Assembly (NCBI RefSeq): GCF_006345805.1
Contig: NC_043014.1
Location: 54,126,001-54,190,000 of the forward strand
Length of the DNA stretch: 64,000 nt
Direction of reading: 5' to 3'
Source of the DNA: Octopus sinensis
Taxonomy: Eukaryota
The translations under genes were made by a program, and so were the position numbers. Of the stretch, positions 35,093-47,080 are shown piece by piece. The stretch's first letter is position 1. The number at the start of each line of letters is the position of its first letter. The notes under the pieces were generated by a model. The model was not told the origin of the DNA. It worked only from the letters and a program-made list of their open reading frames with translations, and ran no database searches.

Positions 35093-37261
35093 TTTTTTAA
35101 GGGACCTGAATTGAACCAGTGGGGTGTAGGGTCTGTACTCGATGGCCACTTTTGTGTGGTCACTGAACTCAAAGGAGAGACACCTCAATGTAGCTGGCCA
35201 TACAGAGTAGCCAATCCACTCTACATCAATGTCCCTAGTCTGTGAGGTTCAGCGGAGACCCTGAATTCAGTCTCTTTTTTCCCCCTCAGATCAAACCGCC
35301 AAGGAAAAAAAAAAAAGGAAAGCTAAAATTCCTTGTAAGAAAAATCAAAAAAGAACTCTTCTCACTGTTCTTTTTTCTTTACCCATCGACATCCAAAAAA
35401 TTCTGAACTTCACAAAAAATATATTTTGCTAACGTAGACCATCATTATCACATTATTCCGAGTCTGTTGATGTTTAGATGGCATGGGTCTGCACTAAATC
35501 AATAGACCAATGATGAAAGCCATATGCCCAAGGTGCCACGCAGTGGGACTGAACTAGGAGCCATGTGGTTGGGAAGCAAACTTATTATCACACCCACACC
35601 TACAAACATTTATGGAAGTCTGAGATCTTTTTTTTGTGTTTTTTTTGTCATGTTGATGAATTCACAGGAATTATTTTCCGTGGGAGATTTACAACTGAAG
35701 GTTATTGGTGGTGGTGGTGGGGGATCTTAATGTTAATCACAAATTGGTCAGTTCTGGAATATAGGCCAAGGCCTAATATTAGAATTGAAGACTAACCAGT
35801 CTTGTTGATTGTGTGTGTGTGACAAGTGCTAGTCAGGTATTTCTACAGCTTTTATTCAACTCTCCTCTCCAACAACCTTCACTTCTCTTAGAAATATTTG
35901 TCCATGTACATTATTATTTTCTATTTATCAGATCTTGTTCACTTTCTTCCTGATATGAATACGGTTAATGCTTCAGTAAACCTCTTGCTATGTTAAGCAT
36001 CCAACCCTTTCATGGCCATATTCCTCATGTTGATGTGTTTGTATAAATTCTGGAAAGAATTTAGTAAAATATCTCTTACATTTCTTTCTCTGTTTTAAGC
36101 AGATGTTTGTGCCTCGTATTAGCCTCAAGGACCTCAAATAGCTTCAATCAGAGAGGGTTCTCTCTCAAAGAATCAGAGGTAGTTTTAGGTGGGATTGCAC
36201 AAAAGAGGGTAAGGATGTGCTGGGACAATTGACCCTAAAACAAACCCAGTAATCTCTCTTTGCCTCCCTCTCAATCTATTTAAGCAATATTCAATACTTA
36301 ACACCTGTTCAACACCACCACCATCACCAACAGCTGACCACTACCTTATCCTGGATCCATTCCCCGTCCTTGGACATGTCCCTCTCCCCCCTCTCCTCTC
36401 CTTAACTCTTTTAATCTTTCTGTGTTCAAAATTCTTGTCATACCTGTTGCGCTGACTTCTCTGCTTCTCCTTATTTTCTTATTCGTATTAATGTCTTTGG
36501 TTTTAAATCTCCCACAAATTACCATATTCACACACACACGTGATGGGCTTCCTTCAGTTTCTGTCTGTTAGATCCATTCACAAGGCTTTGGTCAGCCTGG
36601 GGCTATAGCAGAAGACACCTGCCCAATGTGCTGCACAATGGGACTGAACCCAAGACCACATGTTTGAGAAGCAAACTTCATAACCGCACAACCACCTAAA
36701 ATTCAAATTTGGGATTTGAGGTCAGAATATTGGATTCATGGAACTGGATGTTGTTGGTCCTTCCCTTCATCGTTTGACCATTCCTGGCACCCATCACTGC
36801 TTCCATTAACACAGGATAATGCCAACCCCTTGGCAATAAGATTCTTTGATTAGGACGGATAAAACAGAATTGAAAACAATGTTCTCTGTCTCTTTATTTT
36901 TCTAATTGAATAAAGGAGAGAAAAGAATTGCTATTTTTGCTAGAAATCTTTAATTACTGTTGCACTAATTAAGGTTCTAATTGCAACTGTATTTAATTTG
37001 GGACACTGACTGACATAGCAACTGAATTACTGATTCAAAGATCCCCGTCATTAACTGTTGACAAGTTCCTCCACCTCTTCCTCCCACTATCTCAGGGCAG
37101 CACCATCCACTTCACCCCCCTCCCCACCACTACCTGGTGACCACCTCCCCCACTCCCCTCCACCATCCCTTGGCTTTGCTGGAACAAAAATACCAAGTTG
37201 ACCAGACTTAATGCTACGTTCCACTCTTCTTCTGTCTTCTCCATACTAATACATAGCTACA

Positions 37262-37492
37262 TGTGTGCGTGTGTATGTGATGTGTGTGCGTGTGTCTATG
37301 CATGTGATGTATGTGCGTGTGTCTATGCATGTGTGTGCGTATGTCTATGCATGTGATGTGTGTGCGTGTGTCTATGCATGTGATGTGTGTGCGTGTCTAT
37401 GCATGTGTGTGTATGTGATGTGTGTGCGTGTGTCTATGCATGTGTGTGTGTATGTGATGTGTGTGTATGTCTGCATGTGTGCGCGTGTGTGT
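37262..37492. repeat. Minisatellite, ~26-bp unit gtgtgtgcgtgtgtctatgcatgtgat
   Basis: Directly visible tandem units. Confidence 0.9.
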
Positions 37493-38269
37493 ATTATTTA
37501 TGTCTATACAGATGCAGTTCTCCAAAGTCCGCCGCCTCCTATCAAAACAAAAGCTCAGACCTATTTGCTGCTGTATTGATAGGAAAGGAAGAGGTGGAGG
37601 TGGAGGAGGGAAATAATTATCTGTCTTTAATTATTCCTAATTGTTTAGTGTAATTAATTTCCTTATTAGGTTGTGTATCATGTGGGTGGGTGAGAGTTTC
37701 ACAGACAATCCTATTCAGCCCATCACTCAGTATGGTCCGAGTCTTCATTACAAGAAACCAGGATCACCCTAGCACAGTGAGTCCCCTTACTGTGTGGCCT
37801 GGTCCTCTGGTTTGTAACGTGGACTGGTGTCTTTCTATCATGGCCCTCCCACAGATGGACCAAGGTCTTGTGAGTGAAATTTGGTCGAAGGAAGTATACG
37901 TCTGTTCATTTGTTTGTTTTACTTCTGTTTTTGCAAGCTAGCATGGGTCGGATGGAAACTCATTTGAGGCAATATTTTATGACCAGATGCCTTTCCTGTC
38001 CCCAACACTTACCTGCTGTCTTAGCAAGGGATTTTTTAAAATATTCTACTGGTCTTTGAAAACACCTGATCATAAGATGTCTTGTCAAGAGGGAGTGTAA
38101 ACATTGGATCATTGTTTCCCCCCGGAGTAACAAGGCACAGAATGTGAAGATTTACACAGGCACACATCTCATAATCATATTCATGTCTGCATTGGGCCCC
38201 ATTACCTGCTTTTGTAAGGTTTTTACAGCTGGAGGCCCTTTCTAGTGCCAGTATGGCAGGGTCCCTTTA

Positions 38270-38487
38270 AGGTTGCAAGATGGCAGAATTGTTAGCATTC
38301 CTGGCAAAATGCTGAGCGGTATTTTGTCCGTCTTCAGGTTCTGAGTTCAAATTCCATCAAGGTCAACTTTACCTTTCATCCTTTTGGGGTCAATAAAATA
38401 AGTACCAGTAGAGTACTGGGGTCAATGTAAGCAACTTAACTCCTTCGCCAAACTTGCTGGCCTTGTGTCAAAATTTGAAAACCAATA
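38270..38487 (+). mobile_element. SINE family B (old)
   Basis: tggcagaattgttagcattcctggcaaaatgc...ttacctttcatccttttggggtcaataaaataagtaccag. Confidence 0.8.
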
Positions 38488-38584
38488 TGACAGGCTTCCA
38501 TACAGTTTCTATCTACCAATTTCCTTCACAAGGCATTGGTTGGCCGAAGGTATGGTGAAAAGCACTTGGCCAAAGGTGTGGTGC

Positions 38585-38592
<8 letters not shown>

Positions 38593-38638
<46 letters not shown>

Positions 38639-39010
38639 TTAACGTCCGTTCTCCATGCTGGCAGGGGTTGGACGGTTCTACTGGGGTCTGTGAAGCCAGA
38701 AGGCTTCACCAGGCCCAGTCAAATCTGGCAATGTTTCTACGGCTGGATGCCCTTCCTAACGCCAACCACTCCGTGAGTGTAGTGGGTGCTTTTTACGTGC
38801 CACCCACACAGGTGCCAGACGGAGCTGGCAAACGGCCACGAACGGATGGTGCTTTTTATGTGCCACCGGCACGAGGGCCAGGCGAGGCTGGCAACGGCCA
38901 CGAACGGATGGTGCTTTTTATGTGCCACCGGCACGAGGGCCAGGCGAGGCTGGCAACGGACACGAAACGGGGCGATGCTGGCAACGGTCGCGAAACGGAA
39001 AGTTCTCTTA
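38593..39010 (-). mobile_element. RTE 3'-UTR fragment with ~52-bp tandem units and (GAT)n tail
   Basis: Same sequence as the 3' end of the RTE at 62141-63212 (ggcgttaggaagggcatccagccgtagaaac...ggacgttaaatgatgatg). Confidence 0.85.
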
Positions 39011-39047
39011 CATGAAAACTAACTGGTTCCAAGAAGTACTCTGTACC

Positions 39048-39078
<31 letters not shown>

Positions 39079-39230
39079 ATGAGATACTGGTGAGCATGTT
39101 GGGTGGCAGACTAAGTCAAAAATAAAAAAGCCATATCTTGCAGAACGTCCCTTTAGCATCCGTGTCTTAGCAACATCAAAAAGCAAAGTCGAACTGAGTG
39201 AGATTTGAACTTGTGATGCAAAGAAACAAA

Positions 39231-39550
39231 ACTAAATACCACAAGGTATTTTGACTGATCCTCCAGCAAAGACTATAGTAGAAGATACTTGCCCAAGGTG
39301 CCTCCAGCGGAATTGAACCTTAAACCACCTGATAGTGAAATGGAGGGCCATGCTTACATCCATATTCATAATGAGCTGTAGTGCACCTGAACACTAAATA
39401 CCACAAGGTATTTTGCTGATCCTCCAGCAAAGACTATAGTAGAAGATACTTGCCCAAGGTGCCTCCAGCGGAATGAACCTTAACCACCTGATAGTGAAAT
39501 GGAGGGCCATGCTTACATCCTATTCATAATGAGCTGTAGTGCACCTGAAC
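39231..39550. repeat. Tandem duplication, 162 bp + 158 bp
   Basis: Second unit (39393-39550) equals the first minus four single bases. Confidence 0.9.
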
Positions 39551-39577
39551 ACTACATTCAATAAGCTCTCTCTCTCT

Positions 39578-39978
39578 CTCTCTACTCTTTATTCTTTTAC
39601 TCTTTTTACTTGTTTCAGTCATTTGACTGCGGCCATGCTGAAGCACCGCCTTTAGTCAAGCAAATCGACCCCAGGACTTATTCTTTGTAAGCTCAGTACT
39701 TATTCTATCAGTTCTTTTTGCCGAACCGCTAAGTGACGGGGATGTAAACACACCAGCATCGTGTGTCAAGCAATGCTAGGGGGACAAACACACACACACA
39801 ACACCATACATATATATATACATATAACAACAGGCTTCTTTAGTTTCCATCTACCAATCCACTCACAAGGCATTGGCGGCCGGGGCTATAGCAGAAGACA
39901 CTTGCCCAGATACCACGGAGTGGACTGAACCCGGAACCATGTGGTTGGTTAGCAAGCTACTTACCACACAGCCACTCT
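39578..39978 (-). mobile_element. SINE family A
   Basis: Same head and tail as the 17107 copy, with scattered 1-bp deletions. Confidence 0.9.
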
Positions 39979-39979
39979 G

Positions 39980-40011
<32 letters not shown>

Positions 40012-41149
40012 ACACGCATTCGGTCCAAGAGTGAACCAGGAAAGCTATTTAAACTTTCATGACAGCATCCCACCTGAAACTGTTCCTGGTCCTGTGATAC
40101 CAATCTCCTACCACAAAGTGGTCTAAATTAAACCATTTCATTAAAATTTAGATTATGTTCCACCAGTTTTAATAATGACAAAATTGTTTTAGCAAATTCT
40201 TCATTATTTCCAAAATGAAAAAAAAAAAAAAAGACAAAGGCAGAGTCGTTCAATGGAAGTCTGCCAACAAAAGAGTTAAACAAGGAGGCATCACCTGATG
40301 CCGTTGTTTAGCTGCAGTTCTCTGTTCTTCACTGAATGGAATTATGATCAAAAGTATTCCAACCATGGCTATCCCATCATTTTAGAAATATCTTGGACTA
40401 TGTAACCCAATGTGTCCTTCCTAATTTAACATGGTGGAGGTTTGATTTGAATGAGATTTGGCTGCTATTTCTAGCAAGTTGTGTGAGACTGTAGAGATAC
40501 TATCAATGGCTTGGCATATTCAGCTTGTGATGTTGACCTATTATCAAAGCATTCCAGCCATGACCATCTCATGTTTTAGAGGTGTCCAGACAGCATAAAC
40601 TGTTTCCCTTCTTTTCTTTAAATTTGGCTGCTATTTCTAACAGATATATAGAAGGAGTAACTGCAATGGTTTGTATTACAATGTGTATGGTTGAAACCTG
40701 TGAGTGGTGGTGTGTATGATAATAGGAGATGGTTATCATCATAATAGGAAAGCTAAGAAAGGAGCGGCATGGTTGGATCTTAGGATGTTGGACCCAGTGT
40801 GTTTAGAAGAGAAGTATTATATTCTTACGGCTAAATTAATTTGTGCATTTCCTAACGCTAACCCTAACTTCTGTCCTTATCATCTGCCATTGCATGTCTC
40901 AGGCAAGTGAGACACAAGTGAGATGTGGGTTACTACGAAGAGGACAGAACATTGATTGGCAACGGCACAAGGGGCCACGGCAAGACCCATGCTAGGAATC
41001 TCATTACAAGAGCATATTCAAAATGAGACAAATAATTCAAGAGCAGAACAAAGGCTGATGACATGCCATGGTTGGAGCTTCACTGGATCGTTTAATGTGT
41101 CTCCAAATTTTAGGGTTTTAATTCTTAAATAAGCTTGAAATGGGATTAA

Positions 41150-41319
41150 CCCTTTAGCATTGAGATTACTCTGGCAAATGTATTGACATTGTTTTGTGTC
41201 TTGGAGAGTTCTGTGATGTGATTGTCTATTTTTAGAATGACCTTGTAGGGTGGGTTGAGCAGTTGGATCTGGTCAATTTGAATAGAAAACCAGATATGGT
41301 TAGTTTAAATGCTAAAGAG
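41150..41319. mobile_element. piggyBac-like MITE
   Basis: TTAA|CCCTTTAGCAT...ATGCTAAAGAG|TTAA; same family as 42126-42345, opposite orientation. Confidence 0.75.
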
Positions 41320-42125
41320 TTAAGGCTAGTCATAGTTTGAAGATCAGGGGTGCATTTGTGGTCTGTTAGCTTATAGTCTGCTATAGTTTGTTGGGTCACG
41401 TACCTCATCCTCTGCAGGGATAATACGGAACAGGCAAGGCAGAAAGGCCGTCTCCTTCTTTCACTCCTTTCTGTTTAATCTATACATCTTGAAATGTTGT
41501 ATCACAATTGTTTGAAGCTTTTCAACCATCATTTGTTAGTTTTAGTTGATGGATGAATTTCTAAAAGCTGGTGGCAGAGGGTGGTAACTAGGACCAGGGA
41601 CTCCATTATTCCATGTCCACCCTGCATCTGAACGTGTTTGTGCAAAATGTTGTGATGAAGACTGACAGTTGTCCTTCTATGCGAGTCTCTCCTCTCCATG
41701 ACACCCAATGTTTAGTCAAAGGAAGGAATGCCAAACTGCAATGACACAGCTTGGCACCAGTGTTGCCAGAACTCAGGACTCAAAGAAGCTGGATAAGATA
41801 CCCTTGGGTACTTTGCCTGACCATCCAACAGTCCTCCACCCTGGATTGATACTTGTTTTATTGACCTTTGAAGGATGAAATGCAAAGTTAAACTTGACCC
41901 AATTTGAATTCGAGGCCCAGAATTTGTTCCCTTAATCTTTCAAAAAGGCTTTCATGTGAGTCAAGTCGGGAAGTTGCAGACCCTGCTTTAACTCTAGATC
42001 CACAGACGTCCCAAGTCCCATTTACAGCTAGAGTGTCATCACAGACCGGATCAAACAGGATTGATATTCAGGCTTCCCAAGCTTCTTATCAAACGTCAAA
42101 CTGATCAATCACCACAAACAATTAA

Positions 42126-42345
42126 CCCTTTAGCATTTAAACTGGCAATATCTGGCCCAAATTTTCTACTTCTTTTATGCTCAAACCATCTGGATCAGGC
42201 CTCTCAATCATATCCTGCAATGACATCCTCAAAATAAACCATCACATCATTAAATTCTCAGAACTACAAGATAATGCAGGATTAATTCAAAACAATGTGA
42301 ATGAAAAAGCATTATATTTGACAGAGTAATCTGAACACCAAAGGG
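42126..42345. mobile_element. piggyBac-like MITE
   Basis: TTAA|CCCTTTAGC...CCAAAGGG|TTAA. Confidence 0.8.
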
Positions 42346-44221
42346 TTAATCAGTCAAAAGATCAGCAGACCTTTGTATTTATTGACCTCTCAAGGGCTTT
42401 CTGAAATTATCTTTCTTAGGGGGGTTACTTCTTGATAAGATATTGTACTGAATACCCCCTCAATTCACACATTAACACAATTATGATGTTGATGATGATG
42501 ATGATGATGATGATGATGTAAACATTATTTGGAGGAGAGAAAAATCATTTTGATTATGACCTTTCACCCAAAGTGACAGATTGGACATGTGCAGCATTGT
42601 CTCTTTGAATAAATCTCTTCAAAAGGGTTTTGCTTATATAACGGAGCCTCTTATATAAGCCCCTTCTTATCTTGTTGGCACCAATGTTGGAGAATAATAA
42701 ATAAAGGATTAATCTGCCAAGGTGAATATATTTTAGGGTTAACACAAGAATCTGAGGAGATTGCTGAATGCTTTGAATCAGCAAGAATTTATGTTGGGAG
42801 GGCGTGAGTGGAGGGGAGATTCTGTTTCTTTAATCAGAGAGTGAGGAAACAAGATGTGTGCGTGTGTGTATGTATACATAAATGTGTATATATGCATGTA
42901 TGTGTATATACATGTGTGTGTGTGTGTACATATATGTTAGTATATGTATACATGTATGTGTGTGTTTATACACACACACACACACACACACACATTTGTC
43001 AGATCATACATGGTGCACTGTTTAAGGCCATCCAGTTTCTGCCCTCTCCAAGCATGAAACTTGAAGTAATGCATGTGTATTCCTTAAATGATGTGTGTGT
43101 AACTCATGTAGCCATGTAGCTCCTCTACAATAAGAACCTGCTCTGACCCCGTCTATCATACTTTAACCCCTTATTCCACCAGGGTTTGTAGTCTAGCAAG
43201 TTGCTTGGTGGCCTCCAAAGTGCTAGAAACACGAGAAAGCACTCCAGCATTCCCTGTAGTGGTTTGCATTGGGAAGGGCATTCACTCATAGAACCCATGC
43301 CAAAGCAGACACTGGAGCCTAATGGACTCTTTGGGTCCATTGGATCCCTGTCAAACCATCCAACACACATGCCAGCATGCAACTTGCACATTAAATGATG
43401 ATGATGATGATGATTATGATGGTATAATATGCTCATTGGTTTTATGTCTGTTTTTCTACACTGGCATGGGTTAGACAAAACTTTTTCTTCTCTATGGCCA
43501 CAGATGCTCTTCCTGTCTCTGACCCTTGTTTCTCAAACTATTATTCTTCGTTCCTCCAGTCATCACACTTCTGCTGAACTCTGGAGCATTTCGAGAAAGT
43601 AAACAATCTCACTGACAGCACTGATGCCAATATACTGACTTACCATTTATGCACACTCACACACGTCTGTATGCATATATATATATATATTATAATATAT
43701 ATATATATATATCTATATATAATATATATATATATATATATATTATATATTTGGTGCTAATATGTTAAACTGTCATATGTCCAAATTTGGCCAAATGTGT
43801 TTTCATCATCATCATCGTTTAGCGTCCGCTTTCCATGCTAGCATGGGTTGGACGGTTCAACTGGGGTCTGGGAAGCCATGGTCGGTTCTTTTGGTCAAAC
43901 TATCATATTTCCAGCTGCTTCAGATGCCAAGATATGAAAACTGTCAAAGCGTAGTACAACAGTTTAGCATTTTTTCAAAAGTGTAGTAAGTCCCACATAC
44001 GACAGTTTTGCAAAAAATATTTCTGACTGAAAACATCATACATGCATGGAGTTTCGACAAAGTATTATTGTCAAGCGGAAACTGTTGCTAATGTAAAAAG
44101 AAATGGAATAGTGAAACTATTTTTCCATTTTCTGAAAAAGCAACATTTTTTATGACACTTTTGCATAATAGCAACAATATATATTTATATGCAGTTAAGT
44201 CTATGTCCGGTCATAAGGTTG

Positions 44222-44256
<35 letters not shown>

Positions 44257-44416
44257 TTCAAATAAAGGCTACAAACCACATTAAGGGATAGCAAAATCCC
44301 ATGAAAGTACAGGTTAGTTACCTATACAAAGAGTGTTGAACATTACAATTAATATTCAACTGTAAGGCAACTATATAAACCGTGGTTTATATATATTTGT
44401 TTATTACGATATGGTA

Positions 44417-44746
44417 AGAAAATAGAGAGATAATTAATCCTTATTATTTCTTAATAAAAAAAATTGACAAACATCTCTTACAGCTGTTTCAATTCTAGAC
44501 CTTCAGAAAATTAATTAGTAAAATCAAAAATTATTTGAAAGTTGAATCTTGTCAGAGGTAGTTTAAGATATGCAAATTAGGTGTTCAATACCTGCATGTT
44601 GGGTATCCTCAGCTGATTCAACTTTCAAAGAATTTTTAATTTTGTCAATTAATTTTCTGAAGACCTAGAATTGAAACAGCTGTAAGAGATGTTGTCAATT
44701 TTTTAAATTAATAAATGATGATTTATTAATTGTCTCTTTATTTCTT
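44417..44746. repeat. Fold-back palindrome with a hammerhead-like motif in each arm
   Basis: 44657-44688 CTGAAGA-cctagaatt-GAA-ACAGCTGT-A-agag; mirrored at 44475-44510. Confidence 0.8.
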
Positions 44747-44751
44747 TTATA

Positions 44752-44790
<39 letters not shown>

Positions 44791-44794
44791 CAAG

Positions 44795-44988
44795 ATATCA
44801 TAAAGAAAAACGGAGAATTATACATCTTCAAAATTTGCTTATCCCAGTATTATTCTCATGAAATTCACATTGAAGGACATTAGAACTGTTATCCATCGGA
44901 AACACATGTTGGATTGGAATTTCATGAGAATAATACTGGAATAAACAGACTTTGAAGACGTATAATTCACCATTCTTCTTTATGATAT
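44795..44988. repeat. Fold-back palindrome
   Basis: atatcataaagaa...ccagtattattctcatgaaattc / gaatttcatgagaataatactgg...ttctttatgatat. Confidence 0.85.
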
Positions 44989-45311
44989 TTTGGTTATACG
45001 CTCAGTATGCTGGCAGAATCTCAATGAGGTGAACTCAGGGTTTACTTGTCATGTGGAATACTATTTAAACAATTCTGTATGTCCCCTAGCATTCAATGTG
45101 GTTAGCCAGATATGGATTATATCAGAGCAGTAATGAGGTACCTACCCAGATTTCAAATCCCTATTCCTTTATGTTTATGTATGCATGTACACACACACAC
45201 ATATGCACTTACACAAACACTCACATATCTATATGTTCCTCAGATTTTATAAGATATATATCAATTATTGAAATAAAGAAAGACCAAAGATATATCAGCT
45301 CTATATATAAC

Positions 45312-45342
<31 letters not shown>

Positions 45343-45346
45343 GAAA

Positions 45347-45556
45347 GTGGCGAGTTGGCAGAATTGTTAGCATGTTGAGCAAAATGCTTAGTGTCATTTT
45401 ATCTGTCTGTACGTTCTGAGTTCAAATCTTGCCAAGGTTGACATTGCCTTTCATCCTTTCAGAGTAGATAAAACAAGTACCAGTTGCACACTGGGGTTGA
45501 TGTAATCCACTCATCCCCTCCCCTGAAATTTCTGGCCTTGTGCCAAAATTTGAAAT
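45347..45556 (+). mobile_element. SINE family B
   Basis: agtggcgagttggcagaattgttagcatg...ttgcctttcatcctttcagagtagataaaacaagtaccag, after (ATT)n. Confidence 0.85.
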
Positions 45557-46591
45557 CATTATTATTATTATTATTTTTTAAAATTTTTTTATCATTATTA
45601 CTATATTTCTGTTTTGCTATTTTTCCCACCATCAGGAATTTTCTTTTAAACCCTATCTTTCGGTGAGATTTTGGAGTGGAGAGTCTGGCAATAAATCCAA
45701 CAAACCTACCTCACTCAAAGACTTAAGAATCTACAGAATCTATTGTGTCTCTGGAGCAAATATTGGTGACTTGGTAGCTTTATAACCGTTTCAGACAACT
45801 GGAGCCTGGTGCAGCTCCCTGGCTTGTCAGTTCCTATCAAACTGTCCAATCCATACCCGCATGGGAAAGGAGATGTTAAATGATGATGATGATGATACTG
45901 TTCAAGAGGTTGTTTTGAAGATCAACAAAGTGGACAGTAGACAGCTGATAGGGCTGATGATGATGATGATGATGATTATAGTAATTGTTTTAATCTCCGC
46001 TTTAGATCAGATGGCATTCTTTGCAACAGATGCCCTTCCTGTTGCTGACTTTCACCAGTTTCCAGTCAAGATAATATTTCTTGATGGATGGTCATGTTTT
46101 CGTGGAGAGGCAGGGACAATGTTTGTATAACTGTGACATTTGCTTTTATAATTATTACGGGGATGTCAAAACAAGTAGACCTAGACACCCACACACACGG
46201 TACAGAACCTACACCAATTCACCTTTCTCAGTAAATGTTACTATGGCAAACATGATGCCAACTGGAAGAAGAAAATAATAGTAAAAACCTTAAACAAAAT
46301 GATAATGGTGCCTGCGTTTAGTTAACTTCACAAATGCTACACCAGGGGCTGGATAAAATATGAAAGATTTTTCTATGTAGATGTACACACACACACACAC
46401 ATGCAGGTTTGGCAATACAAACAGGAAAATAGAACTCAAAACATGAGAGAGAGCATGTATATATGCTTTATTGATATTTGGCAGAAGTATCAGAGTGACT
46501 CAAGCACTGAGAGTTTTGTGTATTTGATGAGTGCCAGTGCATGAAACTTTCACCACTTAAGTCACTCTGTTACTTCTCCCAAATACTAATA

Positions 46592-46597
<6 letters not shown>

Positions 46598-46633
<36 letters not shown>

Positions 46634-46762
46634 GTATATATATGTATATTATGTATATATATATATATATGTATATATATATGTATATATATATGTATGT
46701 ATATATATAGTATATATATGTATATGTATATATATGTATATATATGTATATGTATATATATG

Positions 46763-46793
<31 letters not shown>

Positions 46794-46875
46794 GTATATA
46801 TATATATATGTATATATATTATATATATGTATATATATGTATATATATATGTATATGTATATATATATGTATATG

Positions 46876-46953
<78 letters not shown>

Positions 46954-47019
46954 CATATAATATATATATATATGTATATATATATCTATATATATATATA
47001 TGTATATATATATGTATAT

Positions 47020-47073
<54 letters not shown>

Positions 47074-47080
47074 TTATATA
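46598..47080. repeat. (TA)-based compound microsatellite
   Basis: Directly visible. Confidence 0.98.

Noticed and set aside
42752-42790. CTGAGGA plus a 7-bp hairpin
   Set aside because: Followed by GAATTT, with no helix III or cleavage triplet geometry.
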